64,000 bases of DNA from Paracoccaceae bacterium (lineage in GTDB: Bacteria > Pseudomonadota > Alphaproteobacteria > Rhodobacterales > Rhodobacteraceae), in contig SKYA01000028.1 in the NCBI GenBank assembly GCA_007128135.1, positions 1,136 through 65,135 on the forward strand, given 5' to 3'. Below the pieces are notes generated by a model that saw nothing but the letters and a program-made list of their open reading frames with translations, was not told the DNA's origin and ran no database searches. Made by a program: the position numbers and the translations under genes. Below, piece by piece: positions 1 through 8,770 of the stretch. Position 1 is the first letter of the stretch; each line of letters begins with the position of its first letter.

Positions 1-1
1 G

Positions 2-2269
2 TGGGTGAAGGCAGTGCGCGCGGAACTGGCCAGCCTGCCCAATGTCCGGCTGATGCCCCGAACCAGTATCTTTGGCGCGTATGATGGTGGCGTTTTCGGC
101 GCGCTGGAACGGGTTGCACAGCATCTGGCAGAACCCGGGCTGACTCCGCGGGAATGCTACTGGCGAATTGCGGCAAGACGCGCGATTCTTGCCAGCGGCG
201 CGCTGGAGCGCCCCATCGCGCATCCCGGGAATGACCGCCCCGGTGTAATGCTCCTGAGCGCCGTGGCCAGTTACTGGCATCGCTGGGCTGTTGATCCGGG
301 GCGCGTGGTGGTGTTCGGCAACAATGACCATGCGCTGGCAACCGCCCGCAGGCTGGCTGCCGAGGGCATGCGCATCGTGTCTTATATCGACCCGCGCGAG
401 GATCTGGTGGCATCCGACACAGGTTTCCCGTTGCGCAGCGGTGCCGAGGTGGTGGCGACGCGGGGGCGGCACGAGCTGCGCGAGGTCACGATCCGCGCGA
501 AAGGCCGCGAGCACCGGATTGTCTGCGACACGCTCGCGCTCTCGGGTGGCTGGAATCCGACGCTTGCGCTGGCCTGCCATCATGGCATGCGCCCGGTCTG
601 GGACGAGGGGCTCGCAACTTTCGTGCCGCGCCCCGGCATGGTGCCGGGGCTGGAGCCTGCCGGGGCCGCGCGCGGGCGTTTCTCAACGGCGGCCTGCCTT
701 GCAGATGGCATGCAGGCCGCCCGCGACGCGCTTGCCGAACTGGGGCGCACGCCCCCCGACATGCCCGTTCCCGAGGCCGAGGACGGCGGCTATGCCCTTC
801 GCCCGCTCTGGGAGGTCAGGGCCCCCGGTCGCGCCTGGCTTGATTTCGCGAATGATGTCACGACCAAGGATGTCGCGCTGGCAGCGCAGGAAGGCTATGC
901 GTCGGTAGAGCACATGAAGCGCTATACCACACAGGGGATGGCGCCGGATCAGGGCAAGTCGTCGAATATGGGTGCGCTTGCGGTGTTGGCCGATGTCACA
1001 GGGGGCACTATCCCCGAGACAGGGACCACGACGTTCCGCCCACCTTTCGTTCCGGTCAGCATTGGCACGTTGGGCGCAGGTGCGCGGGGCAAGGGCTTCA
1101 GGCCCGAGCGTCGCACGACCTCGGATGCGCAGGCCCGCGCCTTGGGCGCCCCGATGATCGAGGCCGGGCTATGGTATCGCCCCGCCTATTTTCCGCGACC
1201 GGGCGATGCGGACTGGCGCGCGGCCTGCAATCGCGAAGTGGGTTTCGTCCGCAATGCGGTCGGGGTGTGCGATGTCTCGACGCTTGGCAAGATCGCGGTG
1301 CAGGGGCCGGATGCGGGGCGGTTTCTCGATCTTGTCTATACTGGCACCATGTCGCGCCTGACGCCCTGCCGCGTCCGCTACGGACTGATGCTGCGCGAGG
1401 ATGGCCATGTCATGGATGATGGCACCTGCGCGCGTTTGGGCGCGCAGGATTTCCTTGTCACGACCACCACGGCGGCTGCGAGCGAGGTCATGCGCCATCT
1501 CGATTTCGTGCAGCAGGCGTTTTGCAGTGACTGGCAACTGCGGTTTGCCTCGGTAACGGAACACTGGGCGCAGATGGCGATTGCCGGTCCGTTGGCGGGC
1601 GAATTGCTGGGCCATGTTCTGGGCGATGTGCCGGACCTTCCGTTCATGGGCTGTCAGCCTGTGCAGATCGGTGATGTGGCAGGGCGGTTGTTCCGCATCT
1701 CCTTCAGTGGCGAGCGAGGGTATGAACTGGCTGTGCCCGCCGACTTTGGCGCGGACCTGTTCCGACATCTGGTTGCGCTGGCCGAGGGGCTGGGCGGTGG
1801 GTCCTACGGGATGGAGGCGCTCAATGTGCTGCGCATCGAAAAGGGCTTTGTGACCCATGCCGAGATTGACGGGCGCGTGACGGCCTTCGATCTGGGGCTT
1901 CAAGCCATGGTGTCGGGCAAGAAGGACTGCATCGGCAAGGTGATGAGCCAGCGCGAGGGGCTTTGCGGCCCGGAGCGATTGCAAATTGTCGGGTTGCGCC
2001 CGACCGATGCCAATGCCGAAATCCATGCCGGGGCGCATCTCTACCCAATGCGCGCGGCCGCGAAGGCTGCCCATGGGCAGGGTCATGTCACGTCGGCCTG
2101 CTATTCGCCCACGCTCGCCACATGGCTGGGGCTGGCTCTGGTCGTGAACGGTCGCGCGCGTCATGGCGAAACCCTGCGATTGGTAGATGGCTTGCGTGGC
2201 CAGCGGATGGAGGTGACACTGTGCGACCCGGTCTTTTTCGACCCGGATGGAGGGCGGATGCGTGATTGA
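2..2269 (+). CDS. soxA: Sarcosine oxidase alpha subunit, C-terminal ~755 codons (5' end outside window)
   Basis: The frame is open from the window edge. The C-terminal half has GcvT/aminomethyltransferase-like segments (GVCDVSTLGKIAVQGPDA, SFSGERGYELAV, MEALNVLRIEKGF). It is followed with overlap by a gamma-subunit-like ORF, the canonical soxA-soxG order. Confidence 0.85.
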   Translation, partial: WVKAVRAELASLPNVRLMPRTSIFGAYDGGVFGALERVAQHLAEPGLTPRECYWRIAARRAILASGALERPIAHPGNDRPGVMLLSAVASYWHRWAVDPGRVVVFGNNDHALATARRLAAEGMRIVSYIDPREDLVASDTGFPLRSGAEVVATRGRHELREVTIRAKGREHRIVCDTLALSGGWNPTLALACHHGMRPVWDEGLATFVPRPGMVPGLEPAGAARGRFSTAACLADGMQAARDALAELGRTPPDMPVPEAEDGGYALRPLWEVRAPGRAWLDFANDVTTKDVALAAQEGYASVEHMKRYTTQGMAPDQGKSSNMGALAVLADVTGGTIPETGTTTFRPPFVPVSIGTLGAGARGKGFRPERRTTSDAQARALGAPMIEAGLWYRPAYFPRPGDADWRAACNREVGFVRNAVGVCDVSTLGKIAVQGPDAGRFLDLVYTGTMSRLTPCRVRYGLMLREDGHVMDDGTCARLGAQDFLVTTTTAAASEVMRHLDFVQQAFCSDWQLRFASVTEHWAQMAIAGPLAGELLGHVLGDVPDLPFMGCQPVQIGDVAGRLFRISFSGERGYELAVPADFGADLFRHLVALAEGLGGGSYGMEALNVLRIEKGFVTHAEIDGRVTAFDLGLQAMVSGKKDCIGKVMSQREGLCGPERLQIVGLRPTDANAEIHAGAHLYPMRAAAKAAHGQGHVTSACYSPTLATWLGLALVVNGRARHGETLRLVDGLRGQRMEVTLCDPVFFDPDGGRMRD

Positions 2270-2795
2270 GCTTTCCCCGACAGGCGCCTTTGGCGTGCTG
2301 CGCCTGCCACTCGAGCAAGGTGAGACCCGGCTCAGCGCGATTGCGCCGCCGCGCATCACTGCGATTGCGCCCTATCCTGGACAGATGAACGCGCTTTCGC
2401 GCAGGCTTGGCGCCTTTCCTGCCCCCGGCGAGGTTCACGATGGCCAGCTTCGGCTGGTCTGGAGTGGGCGCGAGATGGCATTTGCCTTTGGCGAGGGTTT
2501 GCCCGAGGGGCTGGAGGACTTCGCCGCGCTTTGCGATCAATCCGACGCCTGGGCGGGCCTTGCACTGGTGGGGCAGGATGCGCAGGCGGTTCTGGCGCGC
2601 CTGGTCGCGCTGGATTTGCGCGCTCTTGCTGCTCCGTCCTCGGCGCGCGCCCTGATGGGGCATCTGCCGCTCTTGCTGATCAAGGAAAGCGACACGCGGT
2701 TCGACCTCTGGACCTTCCGTTCGATGGCGGACAGCCTTGTCCATGAGATGGAAGCAGCGATGCGGGGCGTTGCAGCACGAAGGGCCATTTCATGA
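2247..2795 (+). CDS. soxG: Sarcosine oxidase gamma subunit
   Basis: ~180-aa ORF overlapping the soxA stop. Its size, position and the DQSDAWAGLALVGQDAQAVLARL...DLRA region fit the SoxG family. The start is uncertain (ATG 2247 or GTG 2262). Confidence 0.72.
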   Translation: MEGGCVIELSPTGAFGVLRLPLEQGETRLSAIAPPRITAIAPYPGQMNALSRRLGAFPAPGEVHDGQLRLVWSGREMAFAFGEGLPEGLEDFAALCDQSDAWAGLALVGQDAQAVLARLVALDLRALAAPSSARALMGHLPLLLIKESDTRFDLWTFRSMADSLVHEMEAAMRGVAARRAIS

Positions 2796-3220
2796 CCGCA
2801 GAGGACATCATCGCTCATTTCAACCTTGCGCCCCACCCGGAGGGCGGCTGGTATCGCGAGACATGGGCCGCAGCAGCGCAATCAGGTGTGCGCCCGGCAG
2901 GGACGGCCATCCTGTTCCTGTTGTGTGCGGACCAGCACAGTCATTGGCACCGGGTGGATGCGGCCGAGATATGGCACTTTCACACGGGTGCACCTCTCGA
3001 GTTGCGCATTGCGTCCGATAAGCAGGGGCCTGCCGTGGCGCATCTGCTGGGCATCGATTTCACGCAGGGGCAGCACCCGCAGGCCATCGTCCCGCCGCAG
3101 CACTGGCAGGCCGCACGCAGCCTCGGCGACTGGACGCTGGTGGGCTGCACGGTTTCCCCCGGATTTCGCTTCGAAGGGTTCGAGCTTGCCCCGCCGGAAT
3201 TCGACATCCCCGACCGGTAA
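2792..3220 (+). CDS. Cupin-fold protein, DUF985 family
   Basis: The N-terminus LAPHPEGGWYRETW is the hallmark of DUF985 cupins. ATGA overlap with the soxG stop. Confidence 0.7.
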   Translation: MTAEDIIAHFNLAPHPEGGWYRETWAAAAQSGVRPAGTAILFLLCADQHSHWHRVDAAEIWHFHTGAPLELRIASDKQGPAVAHLLGIDFTQGQHPQAIVPPQHWQAARSLGDWTLVGCTVSPGFRFEGFELAPPEFDIPDR

Positions 3221-3223
3221 GAC

Positions 3224-3252
3224 TTGACGCAACCGGCATCTGCCCGTAAAGC
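3224..3252 (+). promoter_or_regulatory. Sigma70-like promoter candidate for rplS-rpmE (TTGACG-N17-TAAAGC)
   Basis: TTGACG at 3224-3229, a 17-nt spacer, then TAAAGC at 3247-3252, directly after the cupin stop codon. Confidence 0.35.
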
Positions 3253-3457
3253 ACCGCAGTCTGCCACCGGGAATCGGTTGCGGACCCGTTCCCCTTGGCG
3301 ACTTGCTGACTTCGACAGGACATCCGGCGAGGCGAACGGCAGTTATGACAAGCGAGACCTACCTCTGGCGGGCACTGCGGTGGACCCGGACGAAGACCAG
3401 AGCTCTTGGCCCGCCACACCTGCACAGGGCAACTGTGCGCATGAGAGAGGACCAGCG

Positions 3458-3838
3458 ATGAACCTGATCGCTCAGATTGAAGCCGAGCAAATCGCGGGGC
3501 TTGGCAAGGACATTCCGGATTTCAGGGCCGGTGACACCATCCGCGTGGGTTACAAGGTGACCGAGGGCACGCGCTCGCGCGTGCAGAACTTCGAAGGTGT
3601 CTGCATCGGACGCAAGGGTGGCAACGGTATCGGTGCCTCCTTCACGGTGCGCAAGATTTCCTTCGGCGAGGGCGTGGAGCGAGTCTTCCCCCTTTACTCG
3701 ACCAATATCGACAGCATCACTGTGGTCCGCCGGGGCCGGGTGCGTCGCGCGAAGCTCTATTATCTGCGCGACCGTCGCGGCAAATCGGCCCGCATCGCCG
3801 AGAAAACCAACTACCGTCCCATGGACGCTTCAGCCTGA
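3458..3838 (+). CDS. rplS: 50S ribosomal protein L19
   Basis: [12 protein letters not shown]...[30 protein letters not shown]...[21 protein letters not shown] is a typical L19. ATG at 3458 is preceded by GAGAGAGGA. The 3224 ORF start is only an upstream in-frame extension. Confidence 0.95.
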   Translation: MNLIAQIEAEQIAGLGKDIPDFRAGDTIRVGYKVTEGTRSRVQNFEGVCIGRKGGNGIGASFTVRKISFGEGVERVFPLYSTNIDSITVVRRGRVRRAKLYYLRDRRGKSARIAEKTNYRPMDASA

Positions 3839-3849
3839 GGAGCGCTGCG

Positions 3850-4071
3850 ATGAAAGCCGACACGCATCCCGATTACCACCTGATCAATGTCAAGCTGACC
3901 GATGGCACCGTCGTGCAGATGAAATCGACCTGGGGCAAGGAGGGCGAGACGCTCTCGCTCGATATCGACCCCTCGGTGCACCCCGCATGGACCGGCGGCG
4001 GCACGCGCCTGATGGATACGGGTGGCCGGGTATCGAAGTTCAAGAACAAATATGCCGGACTTGGCTTCTGA
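3850..4071 (+). CDS. rpmE: 50S ribosomal protein L31
   Basis: [20 protein letters not shown]...HPAWTGG...[15 protein letters not shown] is a typical alphaproteobacterial L31. Confidence 0.95.
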   Translation: MKADTHPDYHLINVKLTDGTVVQMKSTWGKEGETLSLDIDPSVHPAWTGGGTRLMDTGGRVSKFKNKYAGLGF

Positions 4072-4091
4072 TCAGGCCGCAAATGCTTGGG

Positions 4092-4126
4092 GAAGGGCGC
4101 GGTTTTCCGCGCCCTTCTTGTTTTTT
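4092..4126 (+). terminator. Rho-independent terminator after rpmE
   Basis: 11-bp perfect stem GAAGGGCGCGG / CCGCGCCCTTC with a TTTT loop, followed by TTGTTTTTT. Confidence 0.8.
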
Positions 4127-4226
4127 AACAAGGCCTTGCGCAGCCGTTTCCTGCCCCTTTCGCGCCCTTGTATCTGTCACGAAAGCAGCCTAGATCGACT
4201 GCAATGGAAAGACATGAGGCGGGCGG

Positions 4227-5036
4227 ATGGCGCATATCATCGTCGTGGGCAATGAAAAGGGCGGGTCCGGAAAATCAACGGTCTCAATGCACCTTGCCGT
4301 CGCGCTCGCGCGGTCCGGGCTGCGTGTCGGGGCGATGGATCTGGACCTGCGGCAGCTGACCTTCGGGCGCTATATCGAGAACCGGCGCGACTGGATGGCC
4401 CGCAACGGTCTCGACTTGCCCACGCCCCTTTTCCAACCTCTCCCCGAAGCGGTCCGGTTCGACCTGCCCGACGGGCCGGCGCTGCAAGATGCCCGCATGG
4501 CTGCTGCGCTCGAATTACTGGAGCCGCTTTCGGACATCATCGTCATCGACTGTCCCGGTTCGCATACGCGGCTGAGCCAGTTTGCGCATTCAGTGGCCGC
4601 TACGCTTGTGACCCCGATCAATGACAGTTTCATCGATTTCGATCTGCTGGCGCGCACAGACCCTGAAACAGGAGTAGTCCTGTCCCCGTCGATCTATTCC
4701 GAGATGGTGTGGAGAGCGCGCCAGACCCGCGCTCAGGCGGGCTTGCGACCGATGGACTGGATCGTGCTCCGCAACCGGCTGGGCACCACGGCCATGCATA
4801 ACAAGCGCAAGGTAGGCGATGCGCTGGAGGCGCTGTCGCAGCGCATAGGCTTTCGCATTGCGCCGGGTTTCAGCGAGCGGGTCATCTTTCGCGAGTTGTT
4901 CCCCAAGGGGCTGACCCTGCTGGATCTGCCTGATCTGGGCAGCGAGAGCATGACGCTCTCGCATGTGGCTGCCCGGCAGGAATTGCGCGAGCTTGTTCAG
5001 GCGTTGAAGCTGCCAGCACTGCGCCTCAGTGCCTGA
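4227..5036 (+). CDS. mipZ: Division-plane positioning ParA-like ATPase MipZ
   Basis: IIVVGNEKGGSGKST deviant Walker A, DLDLRQLTF, ENRR, WIVLRNRL and HVAARQELRELV match the remembered Caulobacter MipZ along the whole length. Confidence 0.88.
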   Translation: MAHIIVVGNEKGGSGKSTVSMHLAVALARSGLRVGAMDLDLRQLTFGRYIENRRDWMARNGLDLPTPLFQPLPEAVRFDLPDGPALQDARMAAALELLEPLSDIIVIDCPGSHTRLSQFAHSVAATLVTPINDSFIDFDLLARTDPETGVVLSPSIYSEMVWRARQTRAQAGLRPMDWIVLRNRLGTTAMHNKRKVGDALEALSQRIGFRIAPGFSERVIFRELFPKGLTLLDLPDLGSESMTLSHVAARQELRELVQALKLPALRLSA

Positions 5037-5205
5037 AGCAGCCCCGTGTTGGCAGGCTTGCGTCGAGATGCTCGCTCAGCCCTTCAAGCCGGGACTCGAT
5101 GATTGTATCAAGCTCTTCCTTTTTCCCCCACCCGAGCAGGCCGCCGATCCTGAAAGCGGCTTTGGACGCGGCGGCGACCTCGGGTGCGGATTGTGTGCGG
5201 AACAT
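5026..5205 (-). CDS. Hypothetical small protein (59 aa), not in the supplied ORF track
   Basis: ATG at 5205 is preceded by AGGAGA 7 nt upstream. Mostly G/C third positions. It fills an otherwise ~300-nt gap and overlaps the mipZ stop by 11 nt. No family recognised. Confidence 0.25.
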   Translation of the reverse strand: MFRTQSAPEVAAASKAAFRIGGLLGWGKKEELDTIIESRLEGLSEHLDASLPTRGCFRH

Positions 5206-5335
5206 TTTGTTCTCTCCTGTCTTGCCTGTGACATATCGTTAACCCGGACACCCGGCAGGAATATGGCAATACCATGGCGAAGCTGCAAAGGCATCGCCGA
5301 CGGCATGACGGTATTTCCCGAGCCGGACTGGTCGG

Positions 5336-6823
5336 TCAGATCGCGACCAGAAACAGTGTAATGACCGGGAAGGCGACCAGAATGACAACGCGGATAAGGT
5401 CAGAGGCGACGAAGGGCAGCACGGCCCTGTAGGTGTCGGTGATCCGGGTTTTCGGGTCCATCGCATTGATCACGAACAGGTTCATGCCGACAGGCGGCGT
5501 GATCAGCCCGACTTCGACAACGATCAGCACCAGAATGCCGAACCAGATGGCGATCATCTCGATATTGGCGCGCTCCAGGGCAAGTGCATTCACGCGCCGC
5601 AGGCCAAGCGCCTGGATCTGTTCTCGCGTCAGCTCGGCCCCGGCGGCGATGGCCGCTTCCACACTGCGCAACATCTCCGGGGCAACCTCGACCCCGGCGC
5701 GGATGGCTTCCCGGGCGCGGGCTGCGTGCAGATCGGCCATGCTGACGAAGTTGAAATCAAGTTCCATCATGATGGGCCAGAAGATTGGGATCGTCAGCAG
5801 GATCATGGACAGGCTGTCCATTACGCAACCAAGGATCAGGTAGAAGCACAGGATTAGCAGCAGAACCATAAGCGGGCTGAAGCCCGACCCGCCAACCCAG
5901 GCCGCGATGCTCTGAGGCACCTGCGTCAGCGCGAGAAATCCGTTATAGAAGGCGGCGCCGAAGATGATGAAGAAGATCATCGCGCTGGAGCGCGCCGTCA
6001 CATAGAAGCTCTCGGCTAGGGTCTTGCGTGTCAGACCACCGTTCACCCAGGCAATCAGCCCGGTCCCGAGCGCGCCGACAGCGGCGCCTTCGGTCGGTGT
6101 GAACCAGCCGGCATAGATGCCCCCCACAACCAGACCGAAGACAACCATGACCGGCCAGACCTTGACCAGTGCCCGGAAGCGTTCACCATAGGGGATGCGC
6201 GGGCGGATCCCTGCGGAATCAGGATTCAGTCGCACATAGATCGCGATCACGATCAGATAGCCCAGTGCAGCCATGATCCCCGGAATGAAGGCTGCAAGAA
6301 AGAGCTTAGCGATATTCTGCTCGGTCAGGATTGCATAGATCACCAGGACCACCGAAGGCGGGATGAGGATGCCCAATGTGCCACCCGCCGCGAGTGTCGC
6401 CGTCGAAAACCCGCCCGCATAGCCGTAGCGCTTCAACTCAGGCAGGGCCACACGGCTCATGGTGGCGGCGGTGGCAAGCGAAGATCCGCAGATCGCCCCG
6501 AACCCTGCGCTGGAGCCGATGGCGGCCATCGCCACGCCCCCCTTGCGGTGCCCCAGCCATCCCTCGGCGGCCTTGAACAGGGCCTGTGACATGCCACCGA
6601 GCGTTGCGAAATGGCCCATCAGCAGGAACATCGGGATGATAGAGAGCGAATAGCTCGCGAATGTCGTGAAGGTCTCGGTCTGCAGGCGCGACAGCGGCGT
6701 GTTCGTCGTGCCAGTCACCAGCACCAGGCCCACCAGCCCGGTTATCAACATTGCAAGGCCAATAGGCACGCGCAGAAAGATCAAAGCCAGCAGCGCCGGA
6801 AAGGACCACAGGCCAATTGCCAT
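5336..6823 (-). CDS. dctM: TRAP transporter large permease subunit (DctM family) with a C-terminal hydrophilic insertion
   Basis: Polytopic DctM-like sequence ending in the GLITPPVGMNLFV motif. ATG at 6823 lies 6 nt after the dctQ stop. The longer 607-aa ORF is an Arg-rich upstream extension. Confidence 0.9.
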   Translation of the reverse strand: MAIGLWSFPALLALIFLRVPIGLAMLITGLVGLVLVTGTTNTPLSRLQTETFTTFASYSLSIIPMFLLMGHFATLGGMSQALFKAAEGWLGHRKGGVAMAAIGSSAGFGAICGSSLATAATMSRVALPELKRYGYAGGFSTATLAAGGTLGILIPPSVVLVIYAILTEQNIAKLFLAAFIPGIMAALGYLIVIAIYVRLNPDSAGIRPRIPYGERFRALVKVWPVMVVFGLVVGGIYAGWFTPTEGAAVGALGTGLIAWVNGGLTRKTLAESFYVTARSSAMIFFIIFGAAFYNGFLALTQVPQSIAAWVGGSGFSPLMVLLLILCFYLILGCVMDSLSMILLTIPIFWPIMMELDFNFVSMADLHAARAREAIRAGVEVAPEMLRSVEAAIAAGAELTREQIQALGLRRVNALALERANIEMIAIWFGILVLIVVEVGLITPPVGMNLFVINAMDPKTRITDTYRAVLPFVASDLIRVVILVAFPVITLFLVAI

Positions 6824-6828
6824 CGCAC

Positions 6829-7413
6829 TCAATGCTCGCCCTCCGCATCTTCGCCAAGAATGTCCTGCCCGCGCATTGCCTCCATCAGGCGCACCCAGAC
6901 CATGTAGACACCGACCAGCGCTGCGACGCTTGCCGCGACGAGACAGGCGGCGTAGGGCCACCAGTAGGGCATTTCCAGCAGGTAGGTCGTCTGCCCGGTG
7001 TTGACCCGGCGCATCATGCCCACTGACAACCGCCACGCGATCAGGATCAGCGTGGCCGAGAAAAGCATCTCTATGCCCAGCCGCAACCAGCGCTGTGCGC
7101 GATCGGGCAGGAATGAGGTGAAGATATCCACCCGTGCGTGACCTGATGTGATCTGGCACAACGGCAGGAAGCAGAATATGGCAAAGCCCATCCCGAGTTC
7201 GGTCAACTCGTAGTCACCGAAAATTGGTCCCACTCCCATTCCAAGCAGCGCCGACGCCAGACCCGGCGCGACACCCTGCATCAGGTCGCCGTGCAGGAAG
7301 GCACTCATCTGGCGCCCGATGATCGAGATGCAGGTCATCAGCACCAGGCCGGCCAGCACGATCCCGCCCAGCATGGCCAGCGCGCGGGAAAGGCCCATGG
7401 CGATTGTGTGCAT
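6829..7413 (-). CDS. dctQ: TRAP transporter small permease subunit (DctQ family)
   Basis: ~194-aa four-TM protein between the dctP and dctM homologs. Confidence 0.85.
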   Translation of the reverse strand: MHTIAMGLSRALAMLGGIVLAGLVLMTCISIIGRQMSAFLHGDLMQGVAPGLASALLGMGVGPIFGDYELTELGMGFAIFCFLPLCQITSGHARVDIFTSFLPDRAQRWLRLGIEMLFSATLILIAWRLSVGMMRRVNTGQTTYLLEMPYWWPYAACLVAASVAALVGVYMVWVRLMEAMRGQDILGEDAEGEH

Positions 7414-7494
7414 GTCAGCCCTCTCCGTCGGCGGCGCGGGAAAAGGACGGCCCCGGAATGCGGGGCCGTCCGGTCAGGTCTAGCCGCAGTTGCG

Positions 7495-8532
7495 TCAGTT
7501 CGCGGCCTCGTATTCGGCCATCAACTCGCGGGCGCGGTCGATCATGGCCTGACCATCGATGCCACGTCCTGCCATGTCCGCGATCCAGCGCTCGTAGATG
7601 GGCATCGCCTGCGCGCGCCACATTTCTGCATCCTCCGCAGAGATGGTGATGATATTGTTGCCAAGTTCATCCGCCATTTCCCGTCCCGGAGCATCCCAAT
7701 CCTGCTGTGTGCCACCGGCGAAGACCGAGAATTCCAGCCCTGCATTCGCGTCGATCACCGTTTTCAGGTCATCAGGCAGGGCATCATAGCTGGGCTGGTG
7801 CATGGCCAGCACGAAGGTCACGGTGTAAAGCATGTCGCCCTCGAACTCGGTGTGGTTCTCCACCAGTTCGGGGATGCGCAGCGACGGCGTGACCTCCCAC
7901 GGCATGATCGCGCCGTTGATGACACCGCGCGAGAGCGCCTCGGGCGTCTGCGCGATAGGCATGCCGACAGGGGTTGCGCCAAGAGCTTCGAGCAGTTGCA
8001 CTGTCAGGCGTGACGGGCCGCGAATCTGCATCCCACGCAGGTCATCGGGGCTGCTGACCGGGTCTTCGGTATGGATCACGCCAGGCCCATGCACCCAGGT
8101 TCCGATGATCTTGGTTTCGGAGAATTCCTCCTGCATCGATTCCTCGAACATGTGCCAGTAGGCATAGGAAGCCGCGCGCGCATCGCTGACCATGAAGGGC
8201 AGTTCAAAGACTTCCGTGCTGGGGAAGCGTCCTGGCGTCAGCCCGACAACGGTCCAGATCACATCCGCCGTCCCCGAGACGGCTTGATCGTAAAGCTCGC
8301 CCGGCGTGCCGCCAAGCTGCATCGAGGGGAATCGCTCTACCCGGATTCGTCCCTCGCTGTCTGCCTCGACCCGGTCCGCCCAGACATCGAGAATGTGCCG
8401 CGGCACATTGGCCTGCGCGGCAAGGAAATGGTGCAGCCTGAGTGTGACCTCCTGCGCGAAGGCCGCCGGTGCGCTTAGTGACAGTGCCAGGGCAGCACTG
8501 CCCATCAGGCCCAGAATCGGTCTGCGTTTCAT
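7495..8532 (-). CDS. dctP: TRAP transporter substrate-binding protein (DctP family)
   Basis: Signal peptide MKRRPILGLMGSAALALSLSAPAAFAQ. DctP-like length and motifs. First gene of the dctPQM order. Confidence 0.9.
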   Translation of the reverse strand: MKRRPILGLMGSAALALSLSAPAAFAQEVTLRLHHFLAAQANVPRHILDVWADRVEADSEGRIRVERFPSMQLGGTPGELYDQAVSGTADVIWTVVGLTPGRFPSTEVFELPFMVSDARAASYAYWHMFEESMQEEFSETKIIGTWVHGPGVIHTEDPVSSPDDLRGMQIRGPSRLTVQLLEALGATPVGMPIAQTPEALSRGVINGAIMPWEVTPSLRIPELVENHTEFEGDMLYTVTFVLAMHQPSYDALPDDLKTVIDANAGLEFSVFAGGTQQDWDAPGREMADELGNNIITISAEDAEMWRAQAMPIYERWIADMAGRGIDGQAMIDRARELMAEYEAAN

Positions 8533-8770
8533 GTCTTACTCCTCCCATCGATAATGTTGCAACCGCAACGATCTTAGTGAAAGCACAAGTTCCGGCAGCG
8601 CGCCACTGTTTTTTCGACCGAGCGGTTGATTTTTGTGTATCGCGCCCCGACGCCTGCTCCCTAGCCCCTCCGGTGTCCGGTGAGTTGGCGAAGATTGGAC
8701 CGTGTTGCAGCGGAAAAGCAAGATTTGATTCGCCGCAGGCGTTGCGTGTTGCACAGTCGCGCGGCAATCT

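Noticed and set aside
3224-3457. N-terminal 78-codon extension of the rplS ORF (204-aa version), plus the similar upstream extensions of dctM (to 7159), secA (to 39592), paaA (from 10908), paaJ (from 9709), the third DMGDH paralog (from 49304) and nrsF (to 59660)
   Set aside because: The extensions are not family-like and overlap upstream genes or promoters. In each case an internal start with an RBS or translational-coupling overlap gives the canonical N-terminus.
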